Assembly: GCF_036321535.1 (NCBI RefSeq)
Contig: NC_087437.1
Coordinates: forward strand, 42,162,001-42,226,000
Direction: 5' to 3'
Origin: Camelus dromedarius
Lineage: Eukaryota
Length of the DNA: 64,000 nucleotides
Shown here: piece after piece, positions 14,101 to 28,826 of the stretch
How the letters are laid out: every line of letters begins with the position of its first letter
How positions within the stretch are numbered: the first letter of the stretch is position 1
The notes under the pieces: model-generated
Told to the model about the DNA's origin: nothing
The model's database searches: none
Seen by the model: the letters and a program-made list of their open reading frames with translations, nothing else
Made by a program: the position numbers and the translations under genes

Positions 14101-16739
14101 CTTGTCGTGTTGGCTTGTGTGCTTCTGTTTTGTTTTGGTTGGTCTTTATTGTTTGAAAGAGAAGTTACTGTCAGCATGTGTAGAAAGAAATTTAGGATCA
14201 ACAGATACTGATTTGAAGCCTACTCTGTGTAGGAACTGGATCTGTTTCATGAGCTTTCTCATTGAATCCCACCTGTCTTGGGAGAGAGAGACCCTTGCCC
14301 GCACTACACTGACAGGTCTCGGTGGGAGAGGATGAACGGCAGTGTCTGCAGGGCAGTGCCCCTCGCCTCACAGCCGACCCTGCACCTGGGAGGAAGGAAA
14401 ATAAGCTCCATGTCAGCCGACAGCCATGGAGATGACCTCTCAGAAGGGACAGTGGAATTTCTTTAAAATCCTGTCTTCTCGGCATTATAAAATGATGATA
14501 ACTAACACACATTGAGGGGTTATTACTTGTCAAGACTGTTCTGAGTACTTCTTTTTTACTAACCCACTTACACCTTGCACCAGCTCTGTGAGGTCGGTTC
14601 TGACATTGTCTTTATTGCACTGTCCCTCGACACAAACAAATGTTCTAATGGCAAAATTGTACAGTTTTTCATTCCTATCCCCTGTTCCACAGTGCTTGTT
14701 CTAAACTGGACTGCAATTTTAAAAAATTAATAAAACGCTGTGGTACAGGAGCAAAACAAGTTAAAGGAACAAAATAGCTATTCGAGAAACAGCAGATTTT
14801 GATGAATTTGAAAATTGAAATTATTTGAAAATATACTGTTTGCTCAGTTTCAATTACGGTACAGAATTAGAGCACTGAATCTGCTTCGGGAAACGTCTTC
14901 GTGAGCATGAGCGCTGCTGCCTACACAGGTGTATCGGACTTCCTTTGCCCTCCTTAGGGCAGGGCGCAGACAGGAAGCAGCACTGTTGCTGATAGACCTC
15001 CCCAAACGCCTTTTAAAACTGGGCTTTGTTGTAAGTTTTCAGTGAAGATGTAACACTTACTTCTTAAACCACGACTTCCGTTTTGTGTGTGATTAAGGGC
15101 AGTTACTCTGGGTAGGGACTCTAGCCCGGGTGAGGCTGAGTTAATAGGTAGCTGTTTGCCTCGCATTAGCGAGGGGCATCTTCATTAAGGTGGTGGTATG
15201 GCAGGAGCGCTAAATAGATTACCATGGCATTTGTGGGTTTCAACCTGGACTCTGTCTTTTCCTGAAATTAAAAATGTTCAGTCTTCAGTAAAAGGTGCTT
15301 CCTAACACGTTGAAGCAGAAGCCACATTAAATAGGTGAAATGACTAGGGCTCAGGAACTCAACTGCAGAGGCTGATGGACGCATGGACACTTCAAGATAA
15401 GCATTGACTCTGGCAGGTTTTGTGCAAAAGCTGTTTAATCTCTGTGCGCCCATCGGGACTGTTCTCCAGCACATGGGAAAGCTGCTGCTCTCCATCAGAG
15501 AACCCCGCCCACACACAGGGCCAGCTAACCCACAGGGACAAGGTCAAATTCATCTTTGAATACACAGAGCCTCACACACAGCAGATGTTCAAGAAATGCC
15601 GGCTAAATGAATGCATAAATTCTGCTTACCCCTTCGGCCAAATTGGCCTATGAGACGTTTTGAATTGTGTGATTCTATCACTGACGGACTTCCAGCAGTA
15701 TCTGAAGACAGCAGACTGTCCTCAGATGCTGGGACGAAGCACAGGAAACTGGGAGAAACAGTTGGCCTGTGTAGGAACGAGGCACTGTGGTTGGATTAAG
15801 TCATACAGCAGTTCTCAAAGTGTCCCTGCACCAGCAGGTTCAGGGTCTGAAAGGGTCTGGGTAACTTACAGGAAATTATATTGTTTCCAGATCTTTGCAT
15901 TTAACTATAAAAAGACAAATGCTGACATAATATTGTAGTTCTGAGTAATCCAATTTCATCATGATACTAATTTTCTAAGACCCTGGGGGAAAACAAAATA
16001 TAAGGCCTTATTTTTTATCTTCATTACCTTCTATGTCCATGTCTCATGGAAATATTAATTAGCAGAGAAGTATAGAACAGCCCTGATTCAGAGAGGAGAA
16101 GGATCCAGAAGCTGCCAGTCTAAACTGTCCAGCCACCTGTGCTATTTCTGTTATTTTGATTAACCTGATGATTCTGAGCAGTTTTTTTTTTCCATTTTAC
16201 ATATTTTCTCAAAGATGAATAATCCTAAATGTCATCTTACTAGTTTGAGAAAGGGGCTTTGAAAGCTCTTGGAAAGATTAAAGGTTAAAATTTAAAGAAT
16301 TTTCTAGCTAAACCTCAGTTATTTAGAAAATTCTGGTAAAGAGGACATTGTATTTCTCGGGTACCTAGTTAGTATTAACTTCATTGCCTGGTACAGAGTA
16401 GAAGTTAATGTATCAGATTATATAAAAATTGTGAAAAATTTGAAATTGCTAGTTTTCGTTAGTAAATAAAAGCATGAACAACTGTTGTTTCTAGAATCTA
16501 TACCATAATTAAAGGGATCTCATTCTAAGCTTTATGTGCTTAAATATATGTTTTTCTTTTATGTGAACACATATGAGACATTAAACTTAACCATAACGTA
16601 GCAACTAGTTGGTTATTAATTCAGATAGTGTGAAAAGCATTTACCAAGTTGGGCTAATCTGCTCCACATTTGTATTGTAATTAATTTCTCATTACTAATA
16701 AGAGTTCAGGTAGCTAATGGATTCTGCTCCTTTCTCTAG

Positions 16740-16906
16740 GTTTATTTCAATCTACAGAGGACCCAGCCATACCTACAAGGTCCAGAGACTAACGGAATTC
16801 ACATGCTACTCCTTCAGAATCCAAGCAGCGAGCGAGGCTGGGGAAGGGCCCTTCTCGGAAACCTACACCTTCTGCACAACCAAGAGCATCCCCCCGACCA
16901 TCAAAG
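16740..16906 (+). CDS. FNDC3B: FNDC3B internal coding exon (FN3 repeat)
   Basis: Acceptor tttctctag|G and donor G|gtttgt. Encodes FISIYRGPSHTYKVQRLTEFTCYSFRIQAASEAGEGPFSETYTFCTTKSIPPTIK (inside ORF 16717..17049). Confidence 0.96.
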
Positions 16907-19420
16907 GTTTGTGGACAGTGTCTTCGGTTATGCTCTCCTGTGAGAATGAGGAGATGTTGGGACTTAGAGTGGGAGGCTCCATTCTGATCATAAATATACT
17001 CTTCTCATATTTCATGTATCAGCAAGATAGAATCAAAAGAACTTTCTAAAACAGAAGGTTTGGCAGTGGGTTCTCTAGGGGAAATGAGAGGCCTTAAAGG
17101 AAAAGGGCCTACCAGTGATGACCTTCTCAAGTATGGTAAATGTTTATTACAAATAATTTAGTGGTGAGGCAGTCACAGAAGATAGATGGACAAAGAAAAG
17201 AAACGGACCTGAGTGACAGGTGTCGGGTTAGGAATGGGGGTGAGCTCCTGGTGGTAGTGCTTTGGGCGGTTCACCAGGGGAGGTGTGAGTATCTCCCTTC
17301 AGGGGTTGGCATGCGTCTTTGGATGCCCGTGGTGCAAGTAGAGACTGAGGTGGGCAGGGTCCACGGCCCTTCCCCCACTCGAAGGCCGCAGCAGGGGCCT
17401 GTCCTCATCTCCTGGGGCATTTGTCTTGAGGTTTGTGAGTGACTGGTTTACTCTCTGCCCCCTTCACGGGAACAGGGAACAGGGAGTGAGTGAAAGCCAG
17501 TCACCCAGGTTCTCCCTCCACCAGGTCTGCTGAGCCCTCGTCTCCCATTTTCAGCCAAAGTTCTGCCTTATGCACAGCAGACTGTCAAGGCCGGGCAGCC
17601 AGCAATAGCCGGGGCTGGCTGGGCCCTTCCCACCCAGCCTTGGCCCAGGCCCAGCCCCCCACGGACTCCAGAGCCTGTGCCCCCCTCTCCCCAGGAGTGG
17701 GACGCTGGCGCAGGTCCCTGCTGCCTGTCTTTGCATTTTTCCAGCTGCTGCCCAAAATGATTCTGAGGCTGACAGATAGACAAGCCGCCCACCTGAACCA
17801 GGTCTTACGTGGGGTATAGTGAGGGTTGGCTGCATGTGGGTGGCTAGGCAGTGAGCACAGATTGTTTAAAAGGTTCCTATGTATCTGGCCTCAGGAGCAA
17901 AGCCGTTGAACTCACTGCCTCCACACAGAGGAGCTGTCAGCCCCCTCCGGGGCAGAGTCTGTTAAGGAGGGTGCAGGGCCTCCAGGACCCGGGTCAGAGT
18001 CTGACTCACTGGCTTGCATCCTGTGAAGGTTCCCATAGCTCCTTCCAGGGTACTTAATGGTAGATGCCGTCCCCCTGCTTCCCTGCCCCTCAGCAGTCCA
18101 GAAGCTCTGGCAGCTGCTGTTCCGTGTGACTGAGATACTAGTGTAAATGGATGTGCCTGTGGAAGGCGTTCCGGGTCACCTGGGCAGGAGGTGCCCTGGC
18201 GCTTTGTGCAGCTCCGTCTTCCAGCTGTAGCAGAAGAGATTCCTGAACACACTGGCTGCTAGGTTTGTTGTTGTGGCAGGAAGGTTTGCCACATTTACCA
18301 GCCGGCTAACTTCAGAGATCTTTCTGGCACTACCTTTGCCCCTGAAAGTGATTGCTGGGGGAGTTGCATTTTGTTGAAAACAGAACATGAAATCCGTAGC
18401 CCTTGCATGTCGCGGTACGTTTTCTTCAGAAGGGCAGTTTCCTCACATGTGCACGTGGGCAGGTCGTCTTCCTCTCTCTCTCAGATTCAGGAAACTACTG
18501 TCTTAGCTAGAGGACTGTTTAGTCTGATGAGTCTTTATTTAGTTTTTCCATAAATTGCTTGGAGTTTTGGCCAACTAATACCAATTTTTTTTTCTTTTTA
18601 AGATAAGTTATTTTCTCAGAATTACAGGTAGAAATAACTGCCTCTAAAGAGTTCATGTAATTAGAAATTAGAAAGGAGTTACACATTCTAGTTAAAAATA
18701 GAAAAATGTATTGAATTAAGCTGTAGAGATATATCATAAGCTATAAGAAAATATTTTAAAATTCTATAATATTTAAAGGCTTTACTGCAAACTACTATAA
18801 TTTAGCTTTAAACCAGAATGAGAAGTGTCCAGTAGGTGAAAAATAAACTAAAAAAATACAAATGTAAGCTAACTTTTAAAGGCTCATCTCAAATGTCGCC
18901 TGCTTCTCAAACCTTCCTTAGACTCTCCCACAGGTGTGACTTTCCTTCCCTCCCTTAGAATTCCCCAACATGTTGTTTATACTGCATTTTGATCTGCCTT
19001 ACAGTTTTGGTTTTTTGGTCTGTACTTGTTTCATACCATTCTCACCCCTTCCTTCAACCAGGTCTTAATTTCCTTGAAAGTAGTATTTATCATACTTATT
19101 TTTGTATCCCCCAGAGAACCTAACAGCATAGAAGGTGCTCATTAGCCATCGGAAAAAAAGACAACAAAAATGCAATCCAGGCCAAGTGCAGTTATAAGAT
19201 AATGAGCAAAGGATCTTTCACCAATGGCCTGCTAGACGTGGAGTGTCTTCTCTGTGTAAAGGGTGCCTTGCTAGTTTGATAAAGAGGTTGGGCAAATAAA
19301 TTCCCCTCTCAGGGCAGACTCAAGCAATCACCCTCCCTCTGGGTTCTAATAGTACTAAAATATTGATTATTAATACGATACTTTGAATTTTGAGCTTGGA
19401 TGTGTGAATTTGTATTTCAG

Positions 19421-19548
19421 CACCTCGAGTAACACAGTTAGAAGGAAATTCATGTGAAATTTTATGGGAGACGGTACCACCAATGAAAGGCGACCCTGTC
19501 AGCTACATTCTGCAGGTATTGGTTGGAAGAGAATCTGAGTACAAACAG
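19421..19548 (+). CDS. FNDC3B: FNDC3B penultimate coding exon
   Basis: Acceptor tgtatttcag|CA and donor CAG|gtaaga. Encodes (A)PRVTQLEGNSCEILWETVPPMKGDPVSYILQVLVGRESEYKQ. Not in the ORF track; phases fit both neighbours. Confidence 0.95.
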
Positions 19549-19994
19549 GTAAGAACCGGTGCGCATGCGTGTGTGCAGCCCGTCAGGGTCAGGCGGCTCC
19601 TGGTCTCTGCCTGTTGCCGTGAATGATTCAGTGACCAGTGAGCTACATTTTTCTTAAAATCAGGCATAGAAATTGCCTCACATGTACCCATCACCCAGTT
19701 CTTTAGGGTATACTAGCCCTAACTTACATTTTTTTTGTATGTGGTGGTACCCTTAAATTTTCCGTTCTCAAGCATAATCTTGTAAAGAGTTTTAAGTTCT
19801 GTATTTGATATTGGCAGTGATGTTCTTAAGTATGTAATTGAAAACTAAAGTGCCAGTGGTTTTACTCTAGAGGGAAGTAGTGTCAGCCTAACTAAGGAAG
19901 CCCATGTCCTGTCTGCCTTCTTTATAAAAGTTATATGACCTGTCAATCAGTCCTTGAGGCCTGTGACTCGGGAGCTCTGGTCATTGCTTGTTAC

Positions 19995-20127
19995 CCTTTA
20001 ATGTGCGTAGGACTCACCTGAGAATCTGTTAAAGTGCAGATTCTGACTCAGTAGGTCTGGGGCCGAGGTTCAGGCTCCCAACTGACATTGACATTGCTGG
20101 TCTGTGGACTAATTTGAGTAGCAAAGC
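19995..20127. mobile_element. MER5-type hAT DNA transposon remnant
   Basis: gaatctgttaaagtgcagattctgactcagtaggtctgggg...tttgagtagcaaag resembles MER5. Confidence 0.65.
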
Positions 20128-20627
20128 TGTACAGATCACAGGATAAACTCATCCAGAGAGAGAATGGGATTGGAGTATAGCCAGATAAAGAATTTGTGTT
20201 TTTTTTTTTTTATCATTCTTCACACCCTTTTTGATCCTAATTCTCAGAAAGCCCCATATTATCCTGTCATCGGCTATGGAAGATTCCCATACTCTGTAGG
20301 TTTCCGCAACATTCCCGGGACTTATTAATTATGTGAAATCAGGATATAATACTGTTACTCCATTAGGAAAGCAGAGACCCATTCTTTACCAACACTTTTA
20401 CTGTGGTGGGTGGGGGAAATGTTTATATCAACTCAGGAAGTCAAAGACAAATGCCACCTGCCTTCTGAAACATTAGTATAATTGTAAAGACCTCTTTATT
20501 CAACTGTTGAGACTCTGGACACACAAAACAAGTAGAAAATAATTTGATCCAGAGTTTTTTCTAATTTGCTGGTTGATGTTCCTTATATAAGTAATAAAGA
20601 ATTTATTTAAATAAAAATGTTTAAATT

Positions 20628-20760
20628 GGGGGAGGGTATATATAGCTCAAGTGATAGAGTGCATGCTTAGGATACATGAGGTCCTGGATTCAATTACTAG
20701 GACCTCCATTAAAATAAATACACCTAATTACCTCTCCCCCCCCCCCAATTTTTAATTTAT
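20628..20760 (+). mobile_element. Camelid tRNA-derived SINE (Vic-1-like)
   Basis: gggggagggtata..tagctcaagtgatagagtgcatgcttag..gaggtcctggattcaat..acctcc, followed by an A-rich spacer and cctaattacctc tail. Confidence 0.85.
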
Positions 20761-23700
20761 ATAAAGAATCAAAGAAAATTTTGGTAACTTTCACAGCGCT
20801 TTTATCTGACACTTCATATTAACAAAGAATGAATTGCTGTAAGCACATTTTGCACAAACTTTAAATATGACAGCCACCAGTGTTGATTAATATCAGTGGG
20901 TGATTATTACCAAAGTTTCCATCATTCCTCTTCAGTAAGAGCAAAAACACTATTGTTCCCTTTCATTTTACAGTCTCATTTTATACAGTATATTTCATTT
21001 CACAGTAAGTGATTTTATGTGTGTAACCGTTTCATCTTAGTGCACAGATATGATTGGTTTCAGAGTCTCAGCTCACGTAGAGAGCAGAGGTTCAGTCATC
21101 TTTAATGCTACTAGCACTGTCCTGTCCCACAGCAATGTAAAAATGCTTAAAGGATGAAATGCTACCAAATTTCACAACACATCATTTGACATTTAACAAT
21201 ATTCACTTCCCAACAGTACATTCCTTGCCTGCTCATCATTTTAAAAACCTTTTATTCCACCTACCATGCTTTCCTACCTGTACATGGAAGAACGTTCTGC
21301 TTCTCCAAGAACAGTGATTGCTGTTTCACACGGAAAAAGCATTGTTTGCCCAGTATGTATACCTCAGGCTTTGCTAGAGTATACGTTAATCCATTCATAA
21401 TTTAGATTTTATTGGCAGATTGGCTGTTTTGAATCTTGCTATTTGTTTAATATTACATATTTAGACCCATAGCCATACAACTACTAATAAACAATCACAT
21501 AGATGCCCCCAAATATGTTTCTTACTGTTAACAGCTATAAACAAGAGTTTTGTGTTGAAAATAGGTGAAAACATAGTACACCAGGGCCGGCTCAGTAGAT
21601 GGGGATTAGCATTCTTCTCCTAACCATGTGTTTCCTGCATTTTCCAAGAAGTGATTAAGGCAGGTAGTGGTACATGAAAAGCCACAGTTGAATCAGGGAC
21701 AGTTTGTACTGAGTTTTTTTGCTTCTCCCTATTCAATAAGCATTAACTTTAAACATGATGTTTTGAGTACTTCATTCACTTGTTCTGGACACAAGATAGG
21801 GGATGAAACCTATTTATATTATGTGTGCAGAGAGTAACGGTTAAAATAATTATGGCCCCGAGACAGCAGGCTGTGCCTCTCGTTTACTTTCGCTTTGCCT
21901 CTGAATTCAGTCAGTGCTGAGCGTACGCTCCAGCAGAGCTACAGGCTTGGAGGAAGCGCTGTGTATGTGTCATTTGGGGCCCTAACTAGACAGGGTTCAC
22001 TAACGTGGGCTTGTTACTCATTTTTAGTTTCCCAAGACTGGCACACAGCTAGGTACTCAGTAAATGTTTCTTACGTGCACAAAAGAGGCAGTTTTAAAGG
22101 AACAGGGTTATTTAGACTTGCAGTGCTGAAAAGAATTAACTTCATTATAACTTAGGTGAAAAAAGTCACCCATAATATAGGACAGTGTCCTTCTGCTCCC
22201 CAAGCTCATTTTTACAGGTGACATATGGCAAGGACCAGGGCTTTTTCTCATATTTTGCTGGAAACATTAACTTTAACTCTAATTAGCTTTCTTTTGTTCA
22301 GCTATCATGATGTGGGGTAAGCAGCTGGTTCTAATTATGAAAGTCTATTAACTTGAAGTATTAAGTGCTCACCTAAAATTTTACTCTGCATTAGAATGCA
22401 TGCATATATTTGGCTTTTCTGCCATTTAAAAAAATCTCCCAAAGCTTTTTTCCAGAAGCTTAAAACTTCTTTTCAAATAGTATTAATTATAAAGCATTCT
22501 TGAAAAGAATGAAAATTGTATGTACGGGCAGGTGACTGATTTTTTTTTTCTCAAGCCAGAACATAAACAGTTTAATAAATACATAAGAATGTAAAATGAA
22601 ATGATTCATATTCATTTCCTGTTCAGACAGCAATAATCTTTTACATAAAGTATCTAAACACTGAAGATGAGAAAAAGGTAACAGATTGCAAGAAATTACC
22701 ACCTATTGGGAGTCAGAATTTGTGACAAATTATTAATTGTTGTTGCTCAGATTTGTTGCATTAAGACAACCTTTGAAGCATCTGAAAATTTATAGAGCTC
22801 TGCATTTCAGCTGGTGGGCATCTCTGTATCAATGTGTTTTGTATCATTTTTTTAGAATATTATTTAGGGATGTGTATTGATTCTTTGTGGTATCACAGAA
22901 GGTGCTGTGAAGAAGGATCTTCTCTTTACCTTGACAGAACTATTTTAAAGACTTGAAGCTTACATATATTTTAAAGGCTTTTGATTTAGTTTCCTAACCC
23001 AGAAATTAAACAGGCTATGTAAAAATTTTAAAAAACCCATGCAATAAGACAGTCATAAAGGGTCAAATCTACAACAAGAATAGATCAATATATTTAACTT
23101 AAATTTCTTAGGTTTATAAGTCCCTTTAATATGATGAAGGCTATGACCCCTTACACCAGAAAAATGTTTATGTATATGTCCATTTAAAATTACATATGAA
23201 ATAAATTTATATTCAGTTTCATGGGGTTTTGTAATAGGACTCCTGGCTTATTGAGAAACTTAGGTGCTCTGTACTGAGGGATGCCTGGCGTAGAGCAGAA
23301 CAGCATAATCAGTGCTCTGAGCTCACAGGCCCCCAAGCAGCAGCTCAGGAACAGTGCCTTGCCTGTCTTTCCACTTTGGCTCGGGGACAACGATGCCTGC
23401 CCAGCATTGCACCCTCCACAGAGGAGGCAGCAGGTTAGTGGATTCCCATTTGGGCTGGGGGTAAGGGGTGTTACATCTGCCTCCCCTAGTCATGTTTTTG
23501 GAGGAATTAACTCACCTCTCTGAGTGTCAGCCATGTTGTTGTAAAAGTGGAGGTGCTGATTCTCTCCAGTGAGCAGCAGTTCTGTTCAGCCATGAGCCCA
23601 GCCTGTGTAGATGACAATGCTGTGAAGGTATATCTCCCTCTCCAGTTCCTGGGAGAAGGACAGCATTAGTAAAGAGACACAGGCATTGGTCCAGATCCAG

Positions 23701-25399
23701 GCCTCCAGCAGGCTCTCCAAAAGGCTCCCTGTTTCAAGGATTTGAGCTACACAGCATGTTACTTTGAGTTAAGAGTCACAGATTCCTCATTTCAGTTATC
23801 TGTGTATTTCAATCCTCTCATTTGGAATACACATGTCAAAATTACTTTAAAATATATTGTATACCAAATCAAGAACAGAAATAGTCTTTGTAAAAATAAT
23901 ATTGCTTGTGTTTATCATGATACTATGATTGGTTACTTCAAGAAGGATAGCCTTAAATAGAGCTCTGCCTTTTAAATTGGGTTGAGGCATGAGGAAGAGC
24001 CCATAATGGTGCCCCTGTCAAAATGGAAACAAAGGGACACCAGGCACCAGCCTGCTTCCTGCTGTGGTGAGAGGCACAGTCCCAGGAAAGGTCACCTCAG
24101 CTGGGCTGCAGGCCTGGCTGTGATTATTTACCTAGAAACAAATCAGTTATCTCAAACCTCAGGAAATGGGGTATTGAGATTGTTTTAATTTTTCCTTAGG
24201 TAAGAATTCATCCAAAAGGCTTAATAAGCATTGTTGACTATTTCTTAAATGTATTAGAAACCCCATATTTTCTCTCAATACATTGAAAACAACTTAATCA
24301 TTGTTAGTGATTCCATTCTATACAGTGATGGTGGGACCTGTGCTAAACTGATTTATGTGTGGGTTCTAATACTTAATGTTCACATGTACTTGTTTCTGGT
24401 AATTTTCTTTTTTCAAACTGTGGTATAAGAATATCTACTCTAAAGTGCTTAAGGGTTCTAAGTAGAGAACATTCACTGAGCATCTACTTTGTTCTAGCCA
24501 TTATGCTGGTTGCTATGGAAATAATAGAACACAGCCCCAAATGCAATACATGCCATATGTATATAGACAATATATATATATCATATATATTTCTAAAGAT
24601 AGTAACATTGTGTTGACAATGCCTGTGGAAAGGGGGAGCTATTCGAATTAAAATAGGAATGGCTAAAAAAAATTCATGACTTAAAGTTTAATTTCTGATT
24701 GAACTTGTCATTAAAGAAGTTTCCTTCAATTAGATATTCATTTTTTCTTTATTAAGCTTTTTGCCTAATGGTATGAGAAAAGTAGCATTCCTTTGCTTTC
24801 AGAATACATTTTCAGAGATCTTTAAGGAGTTAAAGTTGAGGACTACCATCAGAATTTATATATAAAGTCTCTGTTCAGGATTCTATGAATTGGGTTTCTG
24901 GGAAATTACTTCTAAGCCAACTTTCTTAGAATAATCTGGCCATGCAAATTCTGGAAACCACAGGAATCATTTAATCCTAGATATAAATGTACATAATGTT
25001 CGTTTATACCTACTTTCCAAAAGTCTCTCAGACATCTGTGGGGCATGAGGTTATTGTTTGCCATAAATTAAGAGGCCACACCACAGAAATTCTGCCCAGG
25101 TCTTTGCTTGTCACAAAGCGGGTTGGGGAACTACTTTCCATACCTCATATAGGAAAGGCAGTGCTCTCCTTCTGGAGCAGTGGGACCCAGGGAAGTTGTG
25201 GAGTCCCTGGGAAGACAAAGTCAGAGGCCGAGAGAACTGGACCCAGTGTCACACTGTAGTAATGAGATGAGGACTAAATGGAGGACGGGTGGTAGCAGCA
25301 CTGCCTACCTGGATGGAAGCAGCAGAGCTGGGGCACTTCCGGTGGTGAGCATGCACATAGGTGTTGCAATTGGAAGTACGACCTCATCTGGGGTCCACC

Positions 25400-25735
25400 T
25401 CTCCCCTTGTTTGCCATGAGACATTAGGGAATTAACAGCCTTGCTGATCCTCAGTTTTCTCATCTCTAAAATGGAAGTAATACTCACCTGCTAGAGTAAT
25501 CAGGAGGATTAAATGTGATAAAGTTGGCTTATCTCCATCATATTCCTTTTACAAAGCATTTTTCACGTACAGTGCTTTTAATCCTCAACCCGCCTTGGGG
25601 TTAAGTTAGGTACTGGTACTATCCCCACCTTAAAGACGAGAAAACGAAGGCTCAACGCTATTACTTGCCGAAGGTCACAAACCTAGAGAAGTGGCCCAGC
25701 AAGGACTTAGACCTGGGAACCTGATGCCAGTTCCT
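25400..25735. mobile_element. Adjacent MIR fragments in opposite orientations
   Basis: cctcagttttctcatctctaaaatgg and cccacttaaagacgagaaaacgaaggctca..ttacttgccgaaggtcaca are MIR core motifs on the two strands. Confidence 0.65.
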
Positions 25736-27559
25736 GTTACCATGCCGGAGAGGACTATGCCTAGTGCCTCCTGGTGGCCATGTCAGACCAGAAAGTTTCC
25801 CAGTGTTGCACAGAAGAAAAGAGCTCCAGCAGATGCAGTATTTGACCACTGGACAAATCTGAACATTTCAAGAGGTGTGGTCTCCAAAAGAATTGATGAA
25901 AGAGGTCTACCAAGAAGCCTTGCAAGCAAGGCTTAGATGGCAGCTTTTCTGCAGCTCCATAAACATCCCAGCATTAACTTATCACCACCATAGAATGGAT
26001 TGTGTCCCTGGGCCATTGCCGATAGGAAACCAAAGCCCAGATGACAAAGGGACTGGTAAGCTAGTACGCTGGTCCCATAGATTGCAAATCATTCTCTTCA
26101 TGAACAGTCCCAGCAGTTTCAAAGGAATGACATGTCGCAGAGAATATCAACTTGAGCTTTTAAATTTAGTAAAGTAAATCAAAATTACAAAAGTAAAGAA
26201 CAGTCATAATGAAAAAGTCTCTCTAAAGAAAAAAACTTACACCATTGTTTTCCTGAGACCACCACATGTTGGGAAATAATTCAGAGACAATACCGTCGCC
26301 GTACGTAGTCCGAGTTCCTGATTAGCTGGCTGTGTGTGGGTTGGGTCAGTCACCATGACAACAAGCTCATCTTAAAATACCCATTTAACTGACTCATCAT
26401 TGGAACAGTGAGCTGTGAGAAAGGAGTGGTCTCCCAGTACCGCTGGGGGTTTTCTTTACAGCGCTTTTGTTCTTGGTTGCTCCAGCTGAGTTCTGCCTGT
26501 AACCCCACTTGCTAAGATACGTGCCACAATCTTTAAACAGAGTAACTCAGCAGGAGAAATGTGCTTTAAATGTTACAAAGGGAATAGCAAAAGCGAGAGT
26601 GAATCTGGAAAAGTATCAGAAACACTATTGGTTTTCTAGGGCTTAGTCACTAAATAAAAGTACAGTAAGACTCAAGGTCTAGTTGTAGAGTTTGAAAATG
26701 GGGGACGAAAACTCTGAAAAAGGCCGGACATCAGGTGAACATCGGGAGTCCGATCCCTTTTGTGAAGTGTGATCCTTTTGCTGTCTTTCTGTTGGCGCAG
26801 CACTGGTGAGTGAGTGGCCAGTGCACTTGTGCTCACGGGCAAAGTAGCCCACTTCTTGCAGAAGTTTACACAGTAGTGTTTGGACACACTGAGCATTGTG
26901 GATTCCCACTCATTCTCTTTAGTTGGCGAGTGTTTCAGACAAAGTTGAGATTGTTGGAAATACTATTTTCTAGAAAATTTGTATTAGTGGGCAAAATTCA
27001 CAGCTTTACTAAGGTGGCCTGTCACTAGGTTGAAAATGCCCCTGTCACTTTTAATCGCTGTGTTCTAAGAATATATTTAGAGCTGTTTTAAGTTCTGAAC
27101 AGTACTAGTGACAATACTAGCTAATTTTACCGTGCAGTTGCTTATGTACCAGGCATGTTTTAAGCACTTTACAGGTTTTAACTCAGTGCCACTCAGCTAG
27201 AAAGTGTTCAGTTAATTTCACTTGTTTAATTATTCATCAACCAGCTCTCTTAACTGATTTGGTTGAGTTCCAGCTAGTTTCTTCCTATCTCTATTTATGG
27301 ACTCTAATATAAGCCATGGATTTTTATATAATTTTAAGCTGATTATTTCCTCTAAGTTTTTTGAGGATTAGTATCACTTTGATAGAAGAACCATGTAAGA
27401 CCTACCTCCTCCACCCTCCCTTAAAGATTCCTATTATCTTCAACTCAAAGGGTGGTAAATGTAGTGTTCAAGTCCTTGTAAGCCTCATGGTGATTATATT
27501 AGAGTTAACAAAGGAGAAGAAAACATCCTAGATCCCTAACGGAAAAGAATAGCTTAGTC

Positions 27560-28455
27560 ATACAGACAAGAAACACTAAAGACAGATAGACATTAGATTA
27601 ATTGTTAATTTGTGATAAACTGGACTGCATTAAACATTTCTCAAAAACGATTAGGTAAGCCACAAAGCTAGGAGAGAATATTCACAACACAATCTGACCA
27701 AAAGAAAATCTTACATCCAGATTATATAAAGAGCACTTATAAATTATAAAAGCAAACAAAAATAGGCAAAACAGTTGAACATACTCTTCACAAAAGAAGG
27801 CATATGAATAGCCAATGAGCACATGAAAGGTGGGAAACACCATTAGGCATCAGGGAAATGCAAATAAGGTACCATTCTTACCCACTAGAATGGCTAAAAT
27901 ATAAAAATGACAATAACAAATGTTGGTGAGGGGTAGAGCAACTGGAACTCATGCTTGGCTGGCAGGACTGCAAAGGACTGCTTGGGAAGGCTGTTTCTCA
28001 AAGTTAAATATAGACTTATGACCCTGCACTTCCACCCCTTGGTATTCACACAAGAAAAAATAAAAACTTACATCCTCAAAGATTTGTGCAAAAATGTTCA
28101 TAGTAATCTCACTATATAAAAACTCCAAACTAGAAACTGCAAATGTTTCTTAAAATAGATCAAAGTATAGGCATATATGATGGGATACTTCTGCAGTAAA
28201 AGGAATAACTACTGAATCCGTAACATGGGTAAATCTTGTAGGGACAAGAGAACGCATAGTGTTTGATTGCATTTATGTGAACTTCTAGAGCAGCCAAAAC
28301 GAATTAACAGAACGAGAAATCAGAATAGCGTTTACCTCTTAGGGGTGGAGGTGGATATCTTGATGGAGTAGTGTTACCTGCTGTAGCCAGTTGTCAAAAT
28401 CATTCAACTGGAACTTTTCATTTTATTTCTATATTTTTGTCTCTATTAAAAAATG
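27560..28455 (+). mobile_element. Old L1 (L1MC/ME-type) 3' fragment
   Basis: cagggaaatgcaaat..cccactagaatggctaaaat..acaaatgttggtgagg..gagcaactggaactc are L1 ORF2 end/3'UTR motifs. Confidence 0.8.
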
Positions 28456-28826
28456 TTAACTTGTTATGTGCACCAAGATCACAGAGCCCTTTGTAAGAAT
28501 CAAATCATCTTCTGATTTATAGCCTAAATTACTAAAATTTAGCTAGATGCATCTTGATTACGTGTGTCAGCTGCGATTCTAGCCAGTGCCTTATGTCTTG
28601 TCAGTGTCAGAATCACTGAATTTGTTGTGCTTTATTCGGAGTAGGTTGAAGTACCTTTTTTATGGATGAAATAGAGACTGGGAGAGCTACCTTTCCATAT
28701 AACTTTTGTTGTTATGAGTTCATTTAAACCAAGCCTGGTCCACAAGGCCCCTGCTGTTATATAAATATGACTTCAGAGACCACACTGTCATAAATTAATT
28801 GACCAGGACTGTCCGTTTTCTTGCAG

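Noticed and set aside
15159..15174. Short hairpin cctcgc-atta-gcgagg
   Set aside because: A 6-bp stem is expected by chance in 64 kb and is too short for a pre-miRNA.
17490..18252. Cluster of overlapping 70-110 aa ORFs in a GC-rich intronic patch
   Set aside because: Stop-poor because of GC content; no recognisable domain or splice context.
19513..19521. Internal CAG|GTATTG as an alternative in-frame donor in the penultimate exon
   Set aside because: Weaker than the real CAG|GTAAGA donor, would delete 11 residues of an FN3 strand, and has no supporting evidence.
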